The notes under the pieces are model-generated. The model did no database searches. It saw only the letters and a program-made list of their open reading frames with translations, and was not told the origin of the DNA. Positions 1-7,207 of a stretch of DNA of 26,881 nt are shown here, in pieces. Position numbers and translations under genes: made by a program. This DNA is from a virus (Duplodnaviria > Caudoviricetes): the IMG/VR virus record IMGVR_UViG_3300043407_000177, positions 1 through 26,881 of that record; one strand, given 5' to 3'. The first letter of the stretch is position 1; each line of letters opens with the position of its first letter.

Positions 1-1550
1 GCTACGACGACGGTCACGGGACCTGCTTCGGATGCGGGTACCAAGAACAACCAAAGAAAACGGACAAGCCCGAGCCCCGCATGGAACCATTGCCGCCACC
101 AGTCACCCCGCTCCTCGACTTCGTCGAGACCAAGGGCTTGCCGAAGCGCGGCATAACGGAGGAGACCTGCGCCCTGTTCGGCTACGGGCTCTCTACCAAC
201 AACGGTCGCCCCGTCCAGGTGGCGCCGTACCGGAATCAATCCGGCAAGGTGGTGGCTCAGCACCTACGTGGTGCAGACAAGCGGTTCAGCTGGCTTGGGG
301 ACACCTCTGGTCTCCAGCTGTGGGGTCAGCACCTGTGGCGCCAGAACTTTGGCAAGGAAACAGGGCTTTTTGTCACCGTGACAGAGGGGGAGATCGACGC
401 CATGTCTGTCTCCCAGGTGCAAGGCAACAAGTACCCGGTGGTCTCGCTCCCCAATGGAGCTCAATCGGCGAAGAAGTACCTGGCTGCCAACGCCACCTGG
501 CTGGGTCAGTTTGCACGGATCGTGCTTTGCTTCGATTCCGACGAGCCTGGCGTCAAGGCTGCTGCTGAGTGCGTGGCCGTGTTGCCCTTGGGCAAGGTGG
601 CCGTGTGTCAGTTGCCCCGCAAGGACGCCAACGACATGGTGGTGGCCGGCGAGGGGGAGATCCTTCGGGAGCTGCTTTGGAAAGCCACGCCAACCAGGCC
701 CGACGGGATCGTCAATGCCAACGATCTTTGGGACGAGCTGATCAAGCCGGGCTCTAGCTCGGCCTGCCCTTACCCTTGGCCACAGCTCGATGCCATGACC
801 CGTGGCTTCAGACGTGGCGAGATGGTGACCCTGTGCGCAGGCTCAGGCGTGGGTAAATCCAGCGTGTGTCGGGAGTGGGCCCACCACTTTCTTCGGGCTG
901 GGCTCCGTGTCGGCTACATCGCCCTCGAGGAGTCCACCAAGCGCACCATGCAAGGCATCGTCGGCATCGAACTCAACAAGCCGATACACCTGGACCCCAA
1001 TGCAGCCGACGAGCATGAGATCCGAGAAGGCTTTGACCGTGTCTTTGGCACTGGTCGTTGCTATCTCTATGACCACTTCGGATCCATGGACCCGGACCAC
1101 CTCATCGCCAAGATCAGATACCTGGCTGACGGTGAAGGGGTCGACGTCGTGGTTCTTGATCACCTCACGATCGTCATCTCGGGACTGACGGACCTAGATG
1201 AACGCCGTGCCATCGACGTCACATGCACCAAGTTGCGCCAGGTGGTGGAACAAACCGGCATCGGCCTGGTGCTGGTGTCGCACCTCAAGCGACCGGAAGG
1301 CCGCGGCCATGAGGAAGGAGCACAGACCAGCCTTGGTCACCTACGTGGCAGCCATGCCATCGCACAACTCAGTGACATGGTCATCGGCTGCGAACGCAAC
1401 CAACAAGGCGACGCTGCTGAGCGCAATGAAATGCAACTGCGTGTCTTGAAGAACCGGTTCTCCGGTACGACAGGGCCCTGCGACAAGTTGCTCTATGACC
1501 AGGACACCGGCCGACTCGTCGTGCCCATGTCCCATTACTTCGGAACCTGA
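1..1550 (+). CDS. T7 gp4-like DNA primase/helicase, 5'-truncated by the window edge
   Basis: The frame of ORF 81..1550 is open from nt 3 (YDDGHGTCFGCGY, the second half of the primase Zn finger), so the true start is upstream of the window. TOPRIM motifs VTEGEIDAMS, CFDSDEPG and KDAND; SF4 helicase Walker A AGSGVGKS, IALEES, VVLDHL, LVSHL, LRGSHAIAQLSD, VLKNRFSG. Confidence 0.96.
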   Translation, partial: YDDGHGTCFGCGYQEQPKKTDKPEPRMEPLPPPVTPLLDFVETKGLPKRGITEETCALFGYGLSTNNGRPVQVAPYRNQSGKVVAQHLRGADKRFSWLGDTSGLQLWGQHLWRQNFGKETGLFVTVTEGEIDAMSVSQVQGNKYPVVSLPNGAQSAKKYLAANATWLGQFARIVLCFDSDEPGVKAAAECVAVLPLGKVAVCQLPRKDANDMVVAGEGEILRELLWKATPTRPDGIVNANDLWDELIKPGSSSACPYPWPQLDAMTRGFRRGEMVTLCAGSGVGKSSVCREWAHHFLRAGLRVGYIALEESTKRTMQGIVGIELNKPIHLDPNAADEHEIREGFDRVFGTGRCYLYDHFGSMDPDHLIAKIRYLADGEGVDVVVLDHLTIVISGLTDLDERRAIDVTCTKLRQVVEQTGIGLVLVSHLKRPEGRGHEEGAQTSLGHLRGSHAIAQLSDMVIGCERNQQGDAAERNEMQLRVLKNRFSGTTGPCDKLLYDQDTGRLVVPMSHYFGT

Positions 1551-1560
1551 ACCCACACCA

Positions 1561-1767
1561 ATGCTTTGCCCAAACTGCAACAGCAAATACGACCGTGTCG
1601 TCAACACACGGCAAGAAGGACCAGAGACCACGATCCGTCAACGGCTTTGCTTGGGCTGTGCCCACACTTTCCACACCGTCGAGGTGCACCTGCCACCCCT
1701 GTCTGTCCACTGGGAAGGCAAGGTCATGAAGCGCGTTGATGGCTACCAAGGCATCCGGTTCTTCTGA
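1561..1767 (+). CDS. NrdR N-terminal-like zinc-ribbon protein (68 aa, no ATP-cone)
   Basis: ATG at 1561: MLCPNCNSKYDRVVNTRQEGPETTIRQRLCLGCAHTFHTVE matches the NrdR N-terminal pattern CPxC..V.DSR..IRRRRxCxxC..FTTxE. The stop overlaps the next start (TGATG). Confidence 0.75.
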   Translation: MLCPNCNSKYDRVVNTRQEGPETTIRQRLCLGCAHTFHTVEVHLPPLSVHWEGKVMKRVDGYQGIRFF

Positions 1768-1985
1768 TGGCACGTCTCACCAAGATGAAGCCCCGCATCC
1801 AGATCGGGGTCCGCTGCACTGCCGTCGAAGCCGAGGCCGCCAAGGCCCTGGGCAACGGCAACATCAGCCAAGGGTTCCGCACCGCACTGCGGTACGCATC
1901 TGACCGCAACATCAAGCCCATGTCCCTTTACCTCACCCTCCGCGCCTGTGCGGAAATGGCCCGCATGCTGGAGCAACCCAAGTGA
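1767..1985 (+). CDS. small hypothetical protein, possibly ribbon-helix-helix DNA-binding
   Basis: 72 aa, coupled to both neighbours (TGATG and GTGA overlaps). A basic beta-like segment KPRIQIGVR is followed by two helix-like segments (EAEAAKALGNGNISQGFRTALRYA). Confidence 0.6.
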   Translation: MARLTKMKPRIQIGVRCTAVEAEAAKALGNGNISQGFRTALRYASDRNIKPMSLYLTLRACAEMARMLEQPK

Positions 1986-2473
1986 CCGTCTACAAACCGC
2001 TGCCGCCCCTGCGCGAGATCAAGCAACATCTCCGGTACGAGCCCGCCAACGGCGACCTGCTCTGGTTGGCTGACAGGCCAGGACGAGTGGTCACGCCTGC
2101 TGGGTCAATTGCTGGAAGCATTAACAGGAATGGCTATCGCGTCATCGTCTATGGCAAGCGGTGGCTAAAGGCTCATCGACTGGCGTGGCTCATGTTTCAT
2201 GGCCACGATCCGGGCAATCGAGACATTGACCACATCAACCAAGGCAAGGCCGACAACCGAATTAGCAACCTGCGCCTGGCGACGCGAAGCCAAAACGCGG
2301 CCAATAACAAGAAGTGGAAGGGCGGAGCCTTTCAGCTGCCAAGCGGTAGGTGGCAAGCCTCATGCAGGACCCCGCAAGGGTCTCGCTACCTGGGTTCATA
2401 CGACACACGGGAGGAGGCCGTCGTTGTTGCGTCCGCCTTTCGCCAACAAACCTATGGAGACTTTGCATCGTGA
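1982..2473 (+). CDS. HNH homing endonuclease with C-terminal AP2-like DNA-binding domain
   Basis: GTG start; motifs AGSINRNGY, KAHRLAW, IDHINQGKADNRISNLRLATRSQN (HNH_3 type); C-terminal GRWQA...YLGSYDTREEA (AP2-like). Confidence 0.9.
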   Translation: MTVYKPLPPLREIKQHLRYEPANGDLLWLADRPGRVVTPAGSIAGSINRNGYRVIVYGKRWLKAHRLAWLMFHGHDPGNRDIDHINQGKADNRISNLRLATRSQNAANNKKWKGGAFQLPSGRWQASCRTPQGSRYLGSYDTREEAVVVASAFRQQTYGDFAS

Positions 2474-3228
2474 CTTTGCTTGTGGACGCTGATTGGCTGC
2501 TGTACGCAGCTTGTTCAGCCTGTGAATACGACATCCGCTGGGACGAATGGATCCACACCCTGCACCTGGAGCAATCGGACGCCAAGAGCTACATGACCCA
2601 CCAGGTGGGCAAGTGGCAAGACGCAACCGGGCACAAGTCCGTGGTCATGTGCCTGTCGTCGTACCCGACCTTTAGGCACCAGCTGTCCCCTGAGTACAAG
2701 GCCAACCGGTCCGGACGTCGCAAGCCCCTGGGTCTCCGTGACCTGAGGGTCTGGCTCGAGTCCGAGTACGAGGTCAAGTGTTACCAGAACCTGGAGGCCG
2801 ACGACGTCATGGGGATCTTCATGACCAACGGGTCGTACAAGGATCCGATCATGGTCACCGCTGACAAAGACATGCGCACGATCCCGGGGCCCTTGCTGCG
2901 CATGGACAAGATGGAGGTCAACGACTTGGCGGACGCCAACAGGAACTGGATGACCCAGGCCCTCGTCGGTGACACCAGTGACAATTACCCCGGATTGAAA
3001 GGGTTTGGACCAGTGAAAGCTGAGAAGCTGCTGGCCCCGCATCACACCCTGCCTGCCATGTGGAACGCAGTGGTTGAGGCATACCGGAAGAACGGGGGCA
3101 CCTTTGCCGATGCCTTGCTCAATGCCCGCATGGCCCGCATCCTGCGCTACGGGGACTACGACTTCACCGCCGCTACGGTGGAACTGTGGGACCCGGATCG
3201 TGACCCCGCCATGAAGACCGATGGATGA
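2470..3228 (+). CDS. T7 gp6-like 5'-3' exonuclease
   Basis: Likely GTG start at 2470 (GGAG at 2456-2459, GTGA overlap), giving MTLLVDADWLLY. FEN/5'-nuclease motifs YKANR, LEADDVMG, DKDMRTIPG, GDTSDNYPGLKGFG. Confidence 0.93.
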   Translation: MTLLVDADWLLYAACSACEYDIRWDEWIHTLHLEQSDAKSYMTHQVGKWQDATGHKSVVMCLSSYPTFRHQLSPEYKANRSGRRKPLGLRDLRVWLESEYEVKCYQNLEADDVMGIFMTNGSYKDPIMVTADKDMRTIPGPLLRMDKMEVNDLADANRNWMTQALVGDTSDNYPGLKGFGPVKAEKLLAPHHTLPAMWNAVVEAYRKNGGTFADALLNARMARILRYGDYDFTAATVELWDPDRDPAMKTDG

Positions 3229-3397
3229 TCTGTTCCCCCCGATTGACGAGGCCCTGATCAAGCGCCTCGACGAGATCTATCCCGAGTCCTGTGCTGATCC
3301 AGTGTTGTCCGATCGAGAGATCTGGATCGCAGTGGGCGCCAGACAGGTGGTGCGCATGCTACGGGCCGTTTATCTTGAGCAACAAAACGAGGATTGA
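3221..3397 (+). CDS. small pre-portal phage protein (58 aa; not in the ORF track)
   Basis: Translated by hand: MDDLFPPIDEALIKRLDEIYPESCADPVLSDREIWIAVGARQVVRMLRAVYLEQQNED*. It overlaps the exonuclease stop and fills the gap to 3401. It resembles small proteins found before the portal in marine-type T7-like phages (from memory). Confidence 0.75.
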   Translation: MDDLFPPIDEALIKRLDEIYPESCADPVLSDREIWIAVGARQVVRMLRAVYLEQQNED

Positions 3398-3400
3398 TCC

Positions 3401-3727
3401 ATGTGTGGAGGAGGCGGCAAGAAGCAGCAACAGCAGCAAGCCGAGGCTGCAGCTCAGGCTCAAGAGCAGAGCATTGCGCTCCAGCGTGAGCAGATGGCCA
3501 TGCAGCAGGAGCAGATGAACACCCAGCAAGCCCAGTACCGGGAGCAGCTGGCCATCAGCAACGCTCCCGCGCCACCGCCCCCGAATCAAGGGGCCATGGC
3601 ACCAACGTCAGCCATCGAATCTGTTGATGCAACCACCGGCCAAACCATGCGGGCTGGCACCAGTCGTCGCAAGCTCCGGACCGACATGCCACAGATGACG
3701 ACCCTCGCGATACCGGGAGCGGCTTGA
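3401..3727 (+). CDS. small virion/ejection protein (T7 gp6.7/7.3-like position)
   Basis: MCGGGG N-terminus, Gln-rich coil, basic C-terminus (GTSRRKLRTD). GAGGA upstream; the stop overlaps the portal ATG. Confidence 0.75.
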   Translation: MCGGGGKKQQQQQAEAAAQAQEQSIALQREQMAMQQEQMNTQQAQYREQLAISNAPAPPPPNQGAMAPTSAIESVDATTGQTMRAGTSRRKLRTDMPQMTTLAIPGAA

Positions 3728-5490
3728 TGGAGCTGAACCTGACCAGCAACGTCGACCGCCAAGCCAAGCCGTACGGGGAGGACGACGGCACGGCTGCGGC
3801 CAGGTACGGCCAACTGCAGACCAACCGGGATCCGTATTTGCAACGGGCCCGGGACTGCAGCAAGGTGACGATTCCGGGTCTTATTCCGGATGCAGGGCAA
3901 GGGGACCGGGGTCGACTGAAGACCCCGTACCAAAGCCTTGGGGCAAGGGGCGTCAACTATCTCGCCAGCAAGTTGCTGATCACCCTGTTCCCCCCGAACT
4001 CCAGCTTCTTCAAGCTCGAGATCGACGACCTGGCACTCCGGGTCGCTGAGCAAGGGCCAGAGATCAAGACGGAACTCGACACCGCCTTGGTCCAGGTGGA
4101 GCGAGCCGGCATGTCTGCGTTTGAGGTGGCCAACGGCCGGGCCTCGATGCACGAAGCCTTCAAGCACCTCCTGGTCGGGGGCAACGTGCTCCTGTATGTG
4201 GCGGAAGACGGCGTCAAGGTGATTCACCTGAACCGCTACGCCGTGTGTCGTGACCCGATGGGCTCCGTCACCGAGATCGTGGTCGAGGAAGAGGTCTACC
4301 CCGATGCCTTGCCGCCCGGGTTGTACGACGATCTCGACGACGAGGACGGTGGATACGAGTCAGGTCGTAGCTCAAAGACGATCAAGCTCTACACCCACGT
4401 CGAGTACGAGGACGGCAAGGTCCATTGGTACCAGGAAGCGAAAGGCAAAGAGATCCCTGGGTCCCATGGCATGTGCGACAGCGACGTCAACCCCTGGATC
4501 CCCCTGCGGTTCAACCGCGTGGACAGCGAGGAGTACGGCCGCTCGTACATCGAGGAGTACTACGGGGATCTGCTGGCCCTCGAGAGCCTGTACCAGGCGA
4601 TCATCGAGGGGGCTGCTGCTGCCGCCAAGATCCTGTTCCTCGTCAACCCCAACGGCACAACCAGGCCCAGGACCCTGGCCAACGCTGAGAACGGGGCCAT
4701 CGTCCAAGGCAACGCGGCTGACGTCACCGTCATTCAGACCCAGAAGGCTCAGGACCTGAGCATCGCCAACAGCACCATCGAACGGATCGAAGCCCGGTTG
4801 CAGTTTGCGTTCCTGCTCAACACTGCCATCCAACGACGAGGGGAGCGGGTCACGGCAGAGGAGATCCGTTACATGAGCCAGGAGCTCGAGGCTGGCATCG
4901 GCGGCCTGTACTCGATCCTTACTCAAGAGCTGCAGTTGCCACTGGTGCGTCGGTTGCTTCACGTCCTGCGCAAACAACGCAAGCTCCAGGCTTTCCCGAA
5001 GGGTCAAGGTGGTGTGCCATTGGTCAACCCAAGGCCAGTCACGGGCCTTGAAGCCATCGGCCGTGGCGATGACCGCAACAAGTTGATCCAGTTCATCACC
5101 ACTGCCACCCAGACCCTGGGCCCTGAAGCTGTCGCCAAGTTCGTGAACATCGACGAGGCACTGCGTCGTCTGGCTGCAAGTGAATCCATCGACACAACCA
5201 ACCTGGTCAAGTCTCAGGACCAGCTACAACAGGAGGCAGCTGCTGCCCAAGCGGAACAACAGCAAGCCGGCCAACGTGAAATGCTGATGACTGGCCTCAA
5301 GTCATCAGCCATGGCGCAAGTCGCCAACAACTACACCCAAGCAGGAGCACCTTATGGCCCTCAATTCGCAGACGGCACGGACCCAACCCAAGAGGGAGCC
5401 CAGCCCAACGCCCTCCCCAGCCCCCCAGAGGGACCCGGTATCCCTAGCGGGCCCACCGGCGCAGGTGCAGCAATGGGGCCCAACGCCTGA
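3727..5490 (+). CDS. portal (head-tail connector) protein, T7 gp8-like
   Basis: ATG at 3727 (TGATG overlap). Motifs PYQSLGARGVNYLASKL..LFPPNSSFFKL, PWIPLRF..E.YGRSYIEEYYGDL, ERVTAEEIR, GLEAIGRG. Confidence 0.96.
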   Translation: MELNLTSNVDRQAKPYGEDDGTAAARYGQLQTNRDPYLQRARDCSKVTIPGLIPDAGQGDRGRLKTPYQSLGARGVNYLASKLLITLFPPNSSFFKLEIDDLALRVAEQGPEIKTELDTALVQVERAGMSAFEVANGRASMHEAFKHLLVGGNVLLYVAEDGVKVIHLNRYAVCRDPMGSVTEIVVEEEVYPDALPPGLYDDLDDEDGGYESGRSSKTIKLYTHVEYEDGKVHWYQEAKGKEIPGSHGMCDSDVNPWIPLRFNRVDSEEYGRSYIEEYYGDLLALESLYQAIIEGAAAAAKILFLVNPNGTTRPRTLANAENGAIVQGNAADVTVIQTQKAQDLSIANSTIERIEARLQFAFLLNTAIQRRGERVTAEEIRYMSQELEAGIGGLYSILTQELQLPLVRRLLHVLRKQRKLQAFPKGQGGVPLVNPRPVTGLEAIGRGDDRNKLIQFITTATQTLGPEAVAKFVNIDEALRRLAASESIDTTNLVKSQDQLQQEAAAAQAEQQQAGQREMLMTGLKSSAMAQVANNYTQAGAPYGPQFADGTDPTQEGAQPNALPSPPEGPGIPSGPTGAGAAMGPNA

Positions 5491-5587
5491 CATGGTCATT
5501 GACCACGTAGAGGCACGACCCGCAATGGAACCAGACCCCACGCCTGTCGTCACGTTTGACGACGACGGCTCCATCACCATCAACTGA
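5354..5587 (+). CDS. small hypothetical protein overlapping the portal 3' end (77 aa)
   Basis: AGGAG at 5343-5347 lies 6 nt before ATG 5354, and the ORF fills the portal-scaffold gap. An alternative start at 5492 would give 31 aa with no overlap. Confidence 0.55.
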   Translation: MALNSQTARTQPKREPSPTPSPAPQRDPVSLAGPPAQVQQWGPTPDMVIDHVEARPAMEPDPTPVVTFDDDGSITIN

Positions 5588-5607
5588 ACACCACCAAGGA
5601 TCGACTC

Positions 5608-6447
5608 ATGCCCGAAGCCGTCACGATCACTCAATCTGAAGCCCCAGCCCTGTCGCCTGACAACGAGGCGATGCTGGCCGCCCTGGCAAGCGACGGAGAC
5701 GACAAGCCAGCCGAGCTCCTGGCCGGCAAGTACAAGTCCGTCGAGGACCTGGAGAAGGCGTACAAGGAGCTGCAGACCAAGCTCAGCCGTGGTCAATCAA
5801 CCGCGCCAGAAGCTGAAGACAACAACGCTGCTGACGATGAGACCGATGGCAACGACGAGGAGCAGGATGACAAGCCCGCTGGTGACGCCCGTGAAATCTA
5901 CGGCGACTTGATCGGCGGGAAGCTCGACGATGCTGGCATCGACTTCCAGGACATGAATGTCCGCTGGCAACAGACGGGCACCCTGGAGCCCGGGGACTAC
6001 GACCAGTTGGCGGAAGCTGGTTTCAACCGGGACATGGTTGATGCGTACTTGTCTGGGCTCCAGTACAAGGCGACACAGGACACAGCCCTGTCGGTCAAGG
6101 AGGTGGCTTCCATCAAGGAGTCCCTTGGTGGTGAGGCTGAGTACAGGAAAATGATCGAGTGGGCAGGGGAGAACCTGCAGCCCGACGAGGTCGAAGGCTT
6201 CAACCAGATCATCAACACACAGCCCATGGCTGCGGTGAAGATGGCCATCACTGGTCTCCATGCCCGGTACTCAGCTGTCGAAGGCCGTGAACCCAAGCTC
6301 ATTGGTGGCCGTGCATCCAAGGGCAGCAGCGACAAGTTTGAGAGCACAGCTCAGCTGGTCGAAGCCATGTCGGATCCGCGCTACAGCAAGGACCCCGCGT
6401 ACCAGCGGAAGGTGCAGGAGAAGTTGAGCAGGTCGAGCATCTTTTGA
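5608..6447 (+). CDS. capsid assembly scaffolding protein, T7 gp9-like
   Basis: Acidic protein with LLAGKYKSVEDLEKAYKEL, GGEAEYRKMIEWA and FESTAQLVEAMSDPRYSKDPAYQRKVQEKL; located between portal and capsid; AAGGA upstream. Confidence 0.93.
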   Translation: MPEAVTITQSEAPALSPDNEAMLAALASDGDDKPAELLAGKYKSVEDLEKAYKELQTKLSRGQSTAPEAEDNNAADDETDGNDEEQDDKPAGDAREIYGDLIGGKLDDAGIDFQDMNVRWQQTGTLEPGDYDQLAEAGFNRDMVDAYLSGLQYKATQDTALSVKEVASIKESLGGEAEYRKMIEWAGENLQPDEVEGFNQIINTQPMAAVKMAITGLHARYSAVEGREPKLIGGRASKGSSDKFESTAQLVEAMSDPRYSKDPAYQRKVQEKLSRSSIF

Positions 6448-6466
6448 GCGCCAACGGAAAAACGCC

Positions 6467-6489
6467 GGCCCCCACCTCGGGGGCTTTTT
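6467..6489 (+). terminator. putative intrinsic terminator after the scaffold gene
   Basis: GCCCCC-ACCTC-GGGGGC stem-loop (6468-6484) followed by TTTTT (6485-6489). Confidence 0.65.
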
Positions 6490-6490
6490 C

Positions 6491-7093
6491 ATGAAAGTCC
6501 TTATTGCCTGTGAATACAGCGCCCGGGTGCGTGACGCCTTCAGGGCTTACGGCCACGACGCATGGAGCTGCGACCTGCTGGAGTGCGAAGGCGACCCACG
6601 TTGGCACATGCAGCGACCGGTCGAAGAAGTGCTTGGCGACGGCTGGGACCTGATGGTGGCTCACCCGCCTTGCACCCACCTAGCTACCAGTGGTAGCAGG
6701 CACTTTCATCGCAAGCAGAAAGAGCAAGCAGAGGCATTGGGCTTTGTTCGGCTCCTGATGGATGCGCCGATCGACCGCTGGTGCATCGAGAACCCAGTCA
6801 GCATTATCAGCTCAGCCATTACCCCCCCCCAACAGATCATCCAGCCGTGGCAGTTTGGCCATGGTGAAGTGAAGGCCACATGCCTCTGGCTCAAGAACCT
6901 GCCCAAGCTGAAGCCGACGCAGGTCGTTGATGGCCGGGAAGCCAAGGTGTACTTGATGCCGCCAGGGCCAGATCGCTGGAAGAACCGAAGTCGCACGTAC
7001 GAAGGAGTTGCTGCTGCCATGGGTCAGCAATGGGGAAACACTGCGCTGCCAGCTGCCGTCGATCAGCTTGGGTTGTGCCTGTCCCTACACTGA
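6491..7093 (+). CDS. short C5 cytosine methyltransferase-like protein (200 aa)
   Basis: Rossmann-type start MKVLIACEYS, WDLMVAHPPCT (motif IV Pro-Cys), IENPV (motif VI-like), C-terminal RSRTYEGVAAAMGQQWG. Too short to hold a normal target-recognition domain. Confidence 0.75.
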   Translation: MKVLIACEYSARVRDAFRAYGHDAWSCDLLECEGDPRWHMQRPVEEVLGDGWDLMVAHPPCTHLATSGSRHFHRKQKEQAEALGFVRLLMDAPIDRWCIENPVSIISSAITPPQQIIQPWQFGHGEVKATCLWLKNLPKLKPTQVVDGREAKVYLMPPGPDRWKNRSRTYEGVAAAMGQQWGNTALPAAVDQLGLCLSLH

Positions 7094-7104
7094 GACCACC
7101 TAGA

Positions 7105-7200
7105 CCCACTCACAAATCCTCGACGGCCCACTGCGGTGGACACCCGATCGTGAATGGGAGCCCGGCGTCGGGGTAACCCCCAACCCTTTTCCCCTAGGAG
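7105..7200 (+). promoter_or_regulatory. structured 5' leader and ribosome-binding site of the capsid gene
   Basis: Nested stems 7105-7113/7150-7158, 7122-7126/7144-7149 and CCAC-TGCG-GTGG (7128-7139); further small hairpins at 7161-7180; AGGAG at 7196-7200. Confidence 0.5.
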
Positions 7201-7207
7201 CCCAGCA

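Noticed and set aside
2350-2469. Longer N-termini given by the ORF track (exonuclease 2350, capsid 7154, gp13 11243, Zn ribbon 1495)
   Set aside because: Downstream starts have better RBS or coupling and give family-typical N-termini.
7100-7120. CCCACTCAC resembling the T7 promoter core GACTCAC
   Set aside because: No second copy was found before other genes, so a phage RNA polymerase promoter consensus cannot be supported.
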